A stretch of DNA of 63,261 nt, counting the filler, from Sphaeroforma arctica JP610 (Eukaryota): assembly GCF_001186125.1 (NCBI RefSeq). It is 7 parts of 2 records of this genome, joined end to end, with 100 filler letters (N's around TTAATTAATTAA, not from the genome) between each part and the next. Parts side by side here need not be neighbours in the genome. Positions count along the whole stretch, not along the records: positions 32,887 to 47,032 come from NW_014040528.1; positions 47,133 to 52,922 come from NW_014040528.1; 5 more parts are not named here. One strand, 5' to 3'. Positions 38,640 to 51,400 of the stretch are shown in pieces (position 1 is the first letter of the stretch; every line of letters starts with the position of its first letter). The position numbers and the translations under genes were made by a program. Below the pieces are notes generated by a model. The model saw nothing but the letters and a program-made list of their open reading frames with translations, was not told the DNA's origin and did no database searches.

Positions 38640-39445
38640 TTTCGAAAGAGATAAGCTTCAATGTATGTACATATAGTATAGCTCTCATAGCCGTTGTAGT
38701 GGTTCGGGAAAGATCGATGGGAAGAAGTGGTCAGTAAATTCCCGTTGGAAGCTTGGGTCAAGTGAGTCGACGATGGAGGATATGCGCTGGGTCAATTCAG
38801 GCCGGCGTTGACAAAAAACTGACACCATCAAGTGTGCCATGTATTCGCTTGCTGACCTACCAAGTAGCGTACCCACCTCTGTGGTACGGATCGGGTCTGC
38901 ACCGTGTAGTGCCGTGGAATGGGTTAGTGCAGAGTACGAAATACCGAGTAGGACCAGGTTAGCCGTCATAATTCGGTCGTGGAGCGAGGTTGGAGGTAAG
39001 CCAATGCCGCGCTAGACCACCGATACATTCGGTATATGCTGGCTGGGCTGGATTGGAAGTATCATTGGCGGAACCAATAAGCGCGATGACTTGGTTGGGA
39101 CCGAGATTTGGAAGTAGTACTTCAACAGTGTGATTATCCGGGGTATGGGGAACATCTGTTGATGTGTCAGAGACGGGTGAGGGTACGGTGGTTGTTCTAC
39201 ATGCTGGAGAAAAGATCTAAGGAGTTCGTGGAGGGTCCAGATACCGTGGAAGTTGTAGCGCTCCTGTAATTGTTGGAGGAGGTCATGGCCAATGAGCGGC
39301 AGTTTCGGGCTTACCAGGATGTGTCGGATCATTTGTTACTGGTGGTGAATTTACATGTGGCCACCGGGGCAGACAGGGCAGAGACAGTCGTCGGTACGGT
39401 AGTCGAGCAATGTGAACATGTACATACGCGTTACAATCATAGCAC
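38640..39445 (-). mobile_element. 3' fragment of the LINE family (diverged)
   Basis: Homologous to ~9480-10235 (…FTDHFFPSIFPEPLQRL; CLCPVCPG). Confidence 0.88.
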
Positions 39446-39713
39446 GTACACACACCTTATTTCCAATTTCACAAAGCTCAATCCAACGGATCGGATGTAC
39501 GAAAGACGCTGGGATTTGATGTATGTACTGTCCTACACATGCAGTAAAGACATCTGCTACCACTTATATTTTGTTCGTCACCCGTTTATTGATCGTAAGG
39601 TTAAGCATTTCGAAAGTAAATACTCTGTAAAAGTCGGTCTCCTCTATAGGCTGACTATATGATACCAAACGTTTACGGTAATAAGACAATACGTTAATAC
39701 GTTAAATGCAAAA

Positions 39714-40189
39714 TGTTGAAATAGGTTTAGTTTCAGCCCTTGGTAGTGAGCTAAAAGATTAGGGAATTTTAGATTGAGACTGATGTCTGTATGCTCCGCT
39801 CTAATCACTCACTACTTCGGTCTAGATTTATTTAGGTTTTAGTTGCTAAGACTAGATATCATTCCATTGGACGCATAATAATATATTTCTCGTCTCGAAA
39901 CAATCTTCCAATCAAACTAACCAATAAAATACCTCTAAGTCTAACTTAAGAAACAAAAAATAAAATCAAAACACCAAGCTGGTGCAGTATACATCTGCAC
40001 CTAGATCCCATGACTTGGTACCTAGCTCTCCACCCCATTTAAGGCATAGCCGGGCACATCTAGTAGACTGGCTAAGAGGAATCAAAACCATCTTGTCCTA
40101 AATTATAACAACTCTGATCCTGTCCTAATCTCAGTGGATTATCTTGCTCTGAGATCATTTTAGAATTACACCGTAGGTTTGTACCAACA
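39714..40189. mobile_element. Possible solo LTR (476 bp)
   Basis: TGTTG...CAACA termini only; no TSD and single copy. Confidence 0.35.
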
Positions 40190-41316
40190 GTCATTTCGGT
40201 ACTCCCAATATTTAGAGATTCCCAAAGTGTCATTTTCAGGTGTCAGATTTGTATCATTTTATTTTGTACAATTTTAATTTTAGTGGAAAACCCAATGTAT
40301 ATTTGGAAAACCACATAATTGCCCACAGTAGAGTCCCATACTCGAATGTGTAATGTCACATGTTCAAAATCTTAAATTGCGCAGTTCTTGTTCATGTCCA
40401 ATTCGTTAAACGTATGATACTTTTATACGTTTATAAAATACGTTAACATGTGCATCTACTGTTAGGAACCCGTTATTTCTACAACTCACACGTACAAACA
40501 CCTTAATTCCAATTTTCACTAAGCTCAATCCAACGGATCGGATGTAGGAAAGCCGCTGGGATTTGGTGTATGTACTGTCCCACACATGAAGTAAAGACAT
40601 CCATTACCATTTGCATATTGTTTGTCACCCGTTTATTTATTTTGAGGTTGAGTATTCTGAAAGTAAATACTAACACGTACACACACCTTATTTACAATTT
40701 CCACTAAGCCCAATCCAACGGATCGGATGTACGAAAGACATTGGGATCTGATGTATGTACTGTCCCACACATGAATTGTTCAAATCCGTTGTCATTTGTC
40801 GACGTGATTGAGTTTGACTATCAGAGGTCACATCGATCATTGTAATTCATTGCGAAAACTGTAGCATTTGCCGTGCTCGGTCGTCACATCGTTTGGCCTC
40901 TTGGATCTTTTTCTGAGCTCCAGAGACTCTGGAAACGGATAGACCCCAGTGGTGGTAATAGGAATAGTGGGAGCTGGCCACGGACTGGGGTGTGGTATGA
41001 TGGGCACACGAGCCGGTTTCAGTTTTTGGGAAATTGCGCGGGAACCAAACATATTGTTAAACACGGCCGGTTTATTAAAAAGTCGGGACTACAGAATACC
41101 CTGTCGGACAGAGGCTGGTGCTGTATCACCCTCCAGACGAAAACCCCCTATTTTTTTCTTACATCCGATCCGTTGGGTTGAGCTTAGTGGAAATTGGAAA
41201 TAAGGTGTGTGTACGTGTTAGTATTTACTTTCGAAATACTTAACCTCACAATTAATAAACGGATGACAAACAAATTGCAAATGATAACGGATGTCTTTAC
41301 TTCATATGTGGGACAG

Positions 41317-41611
41317 TGTAGAGTATGGAGAGTAGCTGAAGGGTACTAGACAATAGGATAAAATATACCTCTTCTCAAGTACGGTTATCTCAGCTAGGAA
41401 AAGTCTCTAGTCTGAGAGAACCGAACTGAGTCTTTATTTGTGTTTTCACTAGACTCAGGGTTTACTGAAGTGTTTCTCTCGCACGCGGAGTACCGGTATA
41501 GCTTACCGGTTCTACCGCTAATATTTCTGATGACTCTATTAATATTTGATTATTCTGGGTTTTAGGATTTGGATTGATCTTTTGATAATCTGGTCCCTAG
41601 ATGCCACAACA
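41317..41611. mobile_element. Probable solo LTR (295 bp) inserted in a 186-bp repeat unit
   Basis: TG...CA; interrupts the unit at ggacag; flanks gacag/gacat (5-bp TSD with one mismatch). Confidence 0.65.
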
Positions 41612-42605
41612 GACATATTTACACCAAATCCCAGCGTCTTTCGTACATCCGATCCGTTGGATTCAGTTTGATGGAAATTAGAAATAAGGTGTGTGTACGT
41701 GTGAGTATTTACTTTCGAAATACTCAACCTCACAATTAATAAACGGGTGACAAACAAATTGCAAATGGTCACGGATGTCTTTACTTCATGTGTAGGACAG
41801 TACATACACCAAATCCCAGCGTCTTTTGTACATCCGATCCGTTGGATTGAGTTTAGTGGAAATTGGAAATAAGGTGTGAATACGTGTGAGTAATTACTTT
41901 CGAAATATTCAACCTCGCCCCTAGTCACAATTGACCACGGGCTTGGTGTGGCCGAAAGAAATTTCGCGCGCATCTTGCATGTTATATTTTCTCCGAATCG
42001 AGTTTCGCGCGCAAATGTGGGATTTGTTCACACAAAAACAAAGTACATTTTTTATATAGATAAAAGGTAATGGGAAAAAGTGGGATACAACTGGCCAATT
42101 ATTGTAGCCACGCAAGCGGTGGCCATAGCCGCCACCACTTTTTCGGTGTACGGCAAGAACACAATGTATGCCGAAATGCCTAATATTATTATTTCAATGC
42201 CATTACTGCCGATTACAGCGCGTATCATGTTTTTTTTCCCGAAGATTGTGTTGACAGTGTTTCGTTTGTTGGGGTGGGCTGCAAACTTACGTCAGATCTA
42301 CAAGGCACCCGATAAGAAAACAAGCGATGGGACTCCCATGAACGAGGTTTATTCAAGCCGATTATGCTGTACGTGGCCTCAATAACATGTTTGCTCGCAA
42401 CCATGCTTACAATAATTTTTGGCTTCACGGCAGACAAATCCCGTAGGTACTAAAGTCAACAACAAAAAAAAATTCTTTAAGGCATTTATGGAGTTGACAA
42501 AAAAAAAAAACGCATTTTCCGTTTTGGCATTTTTTTATAGGGCTATTCGACCTTTGGTCACAAACAATGGGGGGTTTTTTTAAACCAAAATAAAAGGACT
42601 CCCCA

Positions 42606-43916
42606 CTCTGTTCGAGGCCAAGTTTGCGTCCCCACGCATCAATGTCGTCTAAGAAGGGCTGGAGCGGAACCGATTGGCGGGCTTGGATCCGTGTGTCGTC
42701 GACAAATAAATAAGAGCGGAGGAGCGCTGGCCGGAATTGTGCTAGCGTGACAGCTAAGGAGTCCATGTAGATAATAAAGAGCTGGGGGCCGACGATTGAG
42801 CCTTGTAGGATTCCATTCGTTCTATGGAATAGAGGCAAGAGCGTATCGCGGTATGTCACTCCGGTAGGGACCCTCTCAAATAGCGCGCGAGGCAGTTGAT
42901 CCAGTTTTCGGGCATTCCAGCGTGGCACAGGAGTACCCATAGGCGTGGTAGCAACATTGTCGTATGCCTTGGTAATGTCCAGACAGACGTCGTTCCACTC
43001 CTCTTCCGACTGTGTCTCAGATTCCATGGCGGCGAGTGCTTGGGTATGACAGGAGTATCGTGATTTGAAGCCAGCTTGGGTAGCAAGGGTTGTAACAGAG
43101 CCGGAGTGGCTCGTAATCAGCTTAAGGAAGCACTTCTCAAAGATGCGCCTGACTATTGCGTAAGCGTGATAGGGCGGAAGTCGGCGGAGGAGGTGATATC
43201 TGCATCGGCGTTTTTTGGGTGCGCTATCAAGAGGCTGCAGCTCAGGGCTGCAGGGAAGGTACCGCCTTCAGTAGCTCAGTGAATGCTTCGGCAAGGAGTC
43301 TAATCAGTGGGCTATTGGCGTCGGGGCGTCCTAGTGTCCTGCACTTGGTGGAGCGCTCCATTGCGGCCTTCAGGAGGAGGATGTGGATCCCGTCGGGGCC
43401 AGGCCCCTTATTGGGATAGCGTAGTATAGCCTCCATTACATCGTCGGGGCGTATGCGGAAGATACATCGGGCGAGGGTTCGGTATCCGGTGGAACCACGT
43501 ACGGGTTTGTAGAGTTGAATAGGTCCTCAAAGTAGCCAGTGAGGGTGGCGCCTGTGTCATCGGCACCCGGTATACAGGGTTGGCGCGAAGACCGTCGTTT
43601 TGCATTTGTGCATTGCTTTGGGCGGTCAGACGTGGGCGGAACGAGTGGTTTGGCAGCCGCTGAACCCAGGGTCTGTTTATGTCGTAGTAGAATCCCCCGA
43701 AGATTTGTGGGTTAGCGGCATAATGCCAGATGCGGTCGAGGATCCATAGCAGCCCTTTCGCTGGACTGTGCAAGGTGAGATACGACCGTAGTAGGTTATG
43801 ATGCGCCCGGATTTCGGCTTGGAATATTCGCGCTCGGGATTGGTTGCGTAGGTGGTACAGTCGACGGCGGTATCGGTTATATCCGTGAGAGGGGAGGCGT
43901 TGGTCCGGAGGCGGCT
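42606..43916 (-). mobile_element. Internal RT fragment of the LINE family
   Basis: Homologous to ~11147-12568 (GPGPDGI, GILQGSIVGPQLF, LFVDD). Confidence 0.9.
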
Positions 43917-46044
43917 CCTCCGACCATACGTTCTTCGTAGAGTAACCAAATATTTTCTCAAACTACTACTGCAGTGATACACCCACACGCTCAACGCTTT
44001 CAGAAAATACACCCAAATTCAGTCTAAAAACTCATATCTGACTATCTTAAAACCACCCTTACCAAGTAATAGGACATCGATAAAGCTTATTCCTTCGAGC
44101 ATACGTTCCTTGGATAGCACCCAAATAATCTCTTAGACCACTACTGTAGAGCAACACTATACGCTCGAAGTTATTCAGGAAATAACCCGACAGTGTTAAA
44201 ATCCCCTCAACCAGGTGATAGAACATCGATAAAAGCCTATTCCTTCTAAAATACGTTCTACGGATAGTACCCGAAGGTTTTCTTAGACCGCCACCGTACA
44301 GTCTACGCTCAAAGTTAAATTCGGTCTCAGAATACGTATCTGACTAATTTATCTTGATATTTATGGCATATTGCACCGAGTATTAGAATTCGTATTCTCA
44401 ATCGACGCAAGCTATGGCTAACACTGTATTCTTTTAACAATAACTTATTCGGGAAAAACTTTCAAAATCGGTCTCAGAATGAATCAGGATTCATAATTCT
44501 GATCACAGTCTATGACCAACACTTTGTATTCCTTTAGTAGTAATTTTGTTAAGTACTTTGCATTATCTACAGAACTCGCGCACTCTATTCAGTTGCAATG
44601 CAGCTGCTGTGGACATATAAGATAAGCTTTTGTGCATGTCAAAGTATCTGGCATATTGATCTGAGTAGTAGAATCCATATTTCTAATTACAAAATGGATG
44701 TGAAATGTAAATGTCCTTCAACGATAAAGCCGCATATTCTATAACACATAAATTACGAGACAGCGTTTAACCAATTAGATATCTTATCATTCGGAATAAC
44801 AAAATAACCGACATTTTACTGGCCTAGGCTAATTGTAGAAAAGCTGCAACAAATCGATTGGTAATTTAACTCTATCAGCTTGATATTAAATACCATACCT
44901 TCACCATCGCATAACCTACTAGCATGCTCTGCGCGACCTTGCAACGATTTACAGCTCATAGGTTCTATACTCAGTAGGAAGCACCGCAGATACTGCAATA
45001 GTCTGGTGCGCACGGTTATCAGGAATGAAATACACAGACTTTGAAAAACTTTAGTTTCCCAATTTTGGAAACTGCTTAAGACCTTTAAAATAATAGGAAT
45101 TTATATTTCAACTGTACCTCTTCCTTGCCTCTCTGATGTTATCGCATGAGTATATTTTTACATCTCACACTTCCGAGTTGCCAGACTCAGTATAACAAAA
45201 ACACAATCTCAGTATCGCGTGATGCGTTGTTTGAGATGTGCGTACTGCGTAGAGTACATATATCGTTTCGACTGGTTTATCCAGATAGAAATGTTTCAAA
45301 CTACATCCGAATATAGAACCACTTTCCCAAATGACAATCAGTAGAACCAAACCGACTGACCAGCGCATCAGTATGTGGAGAATATGAACGTATATCAATT
45401 TGGAGGTGCTCAGGACCAAGCTATTTTTATTCAGCATCACAAGGGCTTCGCATATGCCCTTGTATCCGTACTCGCATTATAAACTGCATTTATTAATCAC
45501 TGCAGTTCAGTTGTCGTTCGCTATCGCCCTATTGGAGTCCGAATTCGATTCTAATATCGCAACCCGACCGACATTGCAAACGCACTTTATCAATCGGCAA
45601 CCACATCTAAATCGTTTGAACTACCGGTAGTCTATTCACTCCCATTGTGTCACCCCGATCGTGGCCCCGTACTGAGCTACGTAGCAATTCTGTGTAGATA
45701 TAAAATCGGAAACGTAAGGAATGGTTTCAGAGCTTAGGGATGTAGGGTTATAGGGTCTAGGAGAGCAAGGAACGGCCTCCTAAGGTTTCGACCAAACACA
45801 GTGGTGAGAGATGCCCTAATACAGACTGCGAAGCCCAACAGCGTGATATAGTGGCTATATGTGTATACTAATTAGAGGGCCTGATTCGCGCATTAGATGA
45901 TTAGATGCCAGAACGCACGCGTTGAGCAGCGTCCAACAAAACTTCTTGCCTGAGCCCCATCGGAACATCACGACACATTTACCACCGTATATAGTCATTA
46001 GATTTGATACTGTCTTTCTACTAGGTAAAAAGAGCGTAGGTACA

Positions 46045-46954
46045 TCAGGCTATCGCTCGATTATTAGCTTGTTTCTGCACACATATGCGGAAACATACCC
46101 TGCACACGGTTTCTGGAGTAAAGATTCCCTTAAGCGGCAGTATGGCCGAAAAGCGCGCGCATCTGCCACAAAAATGGCCGCGGCAGTCTTGGCATTCGAC
46201 TCTGTGCGTGATAAGGGGACAGGAAGAAGTCGACTGTGAATGGCATTTCAAAGTAATACAACGGTGTATATTATTACACCCACCCCCTCGATTGATACTT
46301 ACATCCACCAGTAGAAGTATGGACGCCCCGTTTTGTTCTGTGGACTCTAATCAGAACATGTCCAAACACAGGCGTAAGATACCCGTCACTACGAGAGGAA
46401 AACGTATTTGCCAAGGCGCTTTCGCGTATACGGCTATGGCTTTCAAAGCCGTCACTTACTCAGGCTCGGCAGCGGAGAAAGGCGATTCACACAGACTGCA
46501 GAACTCTTGATCACTGATAGACTCCCAATCGCTCTGAAAGGCACCTGTGATGGAGAACACGGTGTGTACACACATCAGTGGGTGGAGGAAACTCTAGTGC
46601 CGATGAGACGTGTTGCGGTGTCAAGGGATAGCGACGGGGGAGAGGCCATACGCGTGTTCACCAACGATACACAACAAGCGTAAGGGCCAGTGGGAAGGAT
46701 GCGTGTGGTGCACTCGAGATAGTACGCGCGTGTGTGTGCGGAGTGCGTGTACGAGTTAATCAGAATCGGTTCGCAACGGTACGGTCACAGCTGGTAACTA
46801 TTTAGGGTTTAGCGACAGAATTGCCCAGCACGCAATGAATGGTTTATAATAGGGGGTATCAGTTACATTAGAGTATCAGAAGGTATATCCGCACAGACCG
46901 ATAGAACAAGCTCACGTCCGCAAAGCGCACGTACTCACGATTTGACATACAACT

Positions 46955-46987
<33 letters not shown>

Positions 46988-48423
46988 TACAATACACACA
47001 CACACATACATATATACTATTACTATACACAANNNNNNNNNNNNNNNNNNNNNNNNNNNNNNNNNNNNNNNNNNNNTTAATTAATTAANNNNNNNNNNNN
47101 NNNNNNNNNNNNNNNNNNNNNNNNNNNNNNNNAGAGGGTATACGGGTTTAGGGTGTTGGGTTGGAGGGTATAGGGTTTAAGGTGTCGGGTTTGGAGGGTA
47201 TAGGGTTTTATGGAGTTGGGTTTAGAGGGTATAGGGTTTTATGGAGTTGGGTTTAGAGGGTATAGGGTTTTAGGGTGTTGGGTTTGGAGGGTATAGGGTT
47301 TTAAGGTGTCGGGTTTGGAGGGTATAGGGTTTTATGGAGTTGGGTTTAGAGGGTGTTGGGTTTAGAGGGTGTTGGGTTTGGAGGGTATAGGGTTTTAGGG
47401 TGTTGGGTTTGGAGGGTATAGGGTTTAGGGTTTAGGGTAATAACAGCAGACACAGAATAATTAGGTCAGAAAGACAATTTATTTGAATTGATTAATTAGG
47501 TCAGAAAGACAATTTATTTGAAATGACCAAAAAAAATGGGTGGGTAGAAGAACTCGGGAGTTAAATATAATAAACACAGAAAGAAAAAAAGGGAAACCAA
47601 ACCACTAAAACACACCCAAATCTATTTGAATCCATCGAAAACTCGGTTGGGTAGAAGAACACGCGGGTGAAATACAGCAGACACACATAGCAGCCCAGAA
47701 AAAATTGGGCAGCCGAACCCGTAAAACGTACCCGAATTTGTTTGAGTTCACCAGGAATTCGGGTAGGTAGAAGAATTCGGGGATGAGTTCTTTGACATCG
47801 GCCGTGTTGTGCCTGCTGGCGCTCTCCCACGCCTCTTTGATCGAGTGGAACATGCGGTCAGGATGGTCAAAGTGCCCGCCCTGTCCAAATATAGATAGGT
47901 GCAGTTGTAGGTAGGTACAGTGAGACATAAATAGCCTGAGAATCGAAACACACAGACACGTGGCTGTGTATGAATATATAGGTTGCGTTGTAGACAGCTA
48001 TGTACGAGTAAATATAAGTTGTTTGCTAACCACTGTGCGCGGTGATAAATAGATAGATGTGGAGAGATCTAAATAGCTTGGAATACGAAGAACACACACA
48101 TGTGAATATGTATAATTGAACACACACATGTGAATATGTATAATTGAACACACACATGTGAATACGTATAATTGAACACACACATGTGACTAGATATAAA
48201 TAGCTCTGTTGCGTTGCAGATATGGATGTATGAGTGTACATAAGAAATCGATCAGCCACCTTGTATAGGTATAAATAGAGGACTTGAGTTGAAATAAGAG
48301 TGAACTTTTTAAAAAGAATACCATGTAAGGATATATATAGGTGTGATTACATACACATCGAATTATAAGTATATACTACAGATTTGCTACTTGCCTAAAA
48401 GTATCGTATGATAATATATGAGT

Positions 48424-48463
<40 letters not shown>

Positions 48464-51400
48464 ATTTATTTAGTGTATAGAATACATGTGTCGTACGCAT
48501 ATATANNNNNNNNNNNNNNNNNNNNATATATATATATATATATACTTATTTATTTATGTATGAATACATGTGCGTACGCATATATGTACATCCGTAGTAT
48601 ATATATATATATACATATACATACATATACGACAATAGCCACATACCTGCAGTGTCAAGAACATCTGCGTGTACGGCTCCATCCGTATCAGATACGACGC
48701 GACAATCATTGCCGACGAGAAGTGTGTGCCGTAGTGAAAAGGCGGCGTCTCACCCGTAGGATCCTCCCAGTTGTTGTACCGTTGCGTGTAGTACTGCGCA
48801 CGCTCGGGCGTTTGATTGCCCATGGGCTTGGATAAATCACGGAAGGTCTTGGGATCGTTCAGGTCCAGTGTTTCGCTGTCATAGTCCGCCAGTATCCATG
48901 GAAACACTGGGTATTGGGTTAGGTCGTTATAGGACCTTCCAGCCCAAGTGTTGATCCACATCAAGTACTGGAAATTGGACAACTCACCCGCCACCCACCG
49001 TTGCGTAGGCGACCGCTCACCCCACAGCTGCGAGAATACGCCCTTGGACTCTTCGGCAATGTCTCTAAACCCGGCCGAGACCAGGGTCTGCCCGGCCACG
49101 TCCATGATACCCTTGGAGATGCTCTTGGAGAACGATCCCACGGTGCTGTGAATGAGCTTCTTGTACACGTTATCCCGATCACTCTTCACAAACGCCAACA
49201 GGTGGTCTCTGCCGTCGTCCGAGAAGATCTCCACGGCCACCTCACGTAGCAGGAAGCGTCGCTTGTGCACCTCCTGAACACACTTGTACGGGCACTTGAT
49301 GATCCCACTGTCATCCCCCATCTCCGTCTTGACCTCTCGCGTGGCTTCGGGGTCCGTGGCCCCGAAATTGTCCGCCAGTTTGGGGACAATAGGCCGGTAG
49401 TTGTCACCCAACTCCAGCACCGCCGCGGCCATCTCCATGATGGTGCTCTTCTGCGTGGCGGCATCGTATACATAACGATACCCGTCGATGATGTAGATGT
49501 TACGCTTACACAGCAGCAGCACGCTGTCCACAGCGTCTAAGCCCTGGATACGGCTGCAGTTGAAGCAGAACTGGATGGCGTCACCCGGCTCTAACTGGCG
49601 CATGATGGTCATGTCTTCTTCTTTGAAGTCCTCGTCGGTGTCATCGTCGGACTCGGAGCCTATCGCCTCGTCCTCAGCTGTGTCTGTAGGTAGGTAGGTG
49701 GATAGGCAGGTAGGTAGGTAGGCAGGTAGGTAGGTAGGCAGGTGGGCAGGTTGAATAAGACAGAATGAAAGATAAACAGGCTTTAGATAGATATATAGAT
49801 ACATGGATAGATTTATAGTATATAAATACGCAGATAGACACGTAGATAGAAACGTCGATAGATACATAGATACATAAATAGACAAAATAGATAGACACCT
49901 ACATACTTGGATAGATACGTAGATATATAAATACATAGATAGACACGTAGATAGAAACATCGATACATACATAGATACATAAATAAACAAATATATAGAC
50001 ATATACATATATAAATATATAGATAGGCACATACATATATAAATACATAGATAGACACGTAGATAGAAACATCGATACATACATACATACATAGATACAT
50101 AAATAAACAAATAGATAGACACATACATATATAAATACATAGATAGACACATAGATAGAAACATCGATACATACATAGATACATAAATAAACAAATAGAT
50201 AGACACATACATATATAAATATATAGATAGGCATATACATATATAAATACATAGATAGACACGTAGATAGAAACATCGATACATACATAGATACATAAAT
50301 AAACAAATAGATAGACTCATACATATATAAATACATAGATAGACACATAGATAGAAATATAGATACATACAAAAATACATAAATAAACAAATAGATAGAA
50401 ACATAGATAGGCACATAGATATATAAATACATAGATAGACACGTAGATAGAAACATCGATAAATACAAGGATACATAAATAAACAAATAGATAGACACAT
50501 AGATATATAAATACATAGATACACACGTAGATAGAAACACCGATACGTACATAGATACATGGATACATAAATAGACAAATAGACACATACATACTTGGAT
50601 AGAAACATAGATATATAAATACACAGATAGACATGTAGATAGAAATATAGATACATACATAGACACACAAATACACAGTCACACATGTATATCTCCATAT
50701 ATACCTACACACGTGTACACATCACCGGCCCATACCTGCTGGGGCGTTGCCGTCCTTGCTATCCGTCTGCGGGTCTTCTTCCGTGCCCTTCTCCTCCGCC
50801 TCTCCCGTCACCTCTATACTCTCCCGCCCCTCACTCTCTGCCTCCGCACCCGTGCGCATGAGCGTATCGGCCGAAAACACCTTAAAGTCCGATAGCTCAG
50901 ACAGCTCGGAGATGACCTCCTGCTCCTTCTGCGTGAGTGTTTCGCATGGGTCGGGCGTGGCTGTGGCGGTGGCTTGTGCGCGAGTGTTCTGTTGGCTCTG
51001 TAATGCGCTGCTGCCGTCGGTGAGAAGACCAGCGTACGTCTCGACAAAGTCATAGTTCCTGGGGGTGGTATAGTTGTGTAGGGTTTTAGGGTTTTTAGGG
51101 TAGTGTGATATAGGTGCATGTGTGTGTGTGTGTGTGCATGATGTGTAGTGTATTGCAATGAACATAGAGTGTTTTGCAGATGGCATGAGAGGAGAAGTTT
51201 ATATACACAGATGTGTTTACTGAGGGTTTAGGGTGTAGGAACCGTAAAACCCTTAAAACCCTAAAACTGAGAAATTATAGACGTTGAACGAGGAGGTTGA
51301 AGATTTCAGAGTCTAGGGTTTAGGGTTGAACCAGTATCGGATGGGCTTACTCAGGAATCATAGATGTGGTGTGAGCACGCACATATAAAAGCACTCACAC

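Larger units (their letters stand above)
39443..41915. repeat. ~186-bp repeat family in direct and inverted arrays
   Basis: Unit containing caatccaacggatcggatgtac: + copies at ~39443, 40487, 40673; - copies within 41158-41316 and 41612-41915. Confidence 0.85.

Noticed and set aside
45922..46683. Plus-strand ORFs
   Set aside because: Antisense shadows of the FYVE exons and introns.
47133..47437. True telomere
   Set aside because: Degenerate and internal to a gene.
48554..50698. 714-aa ORF as a single protein
   Set aside because: Only 49683-48647 is exon; the rest is translated intronic repeat.
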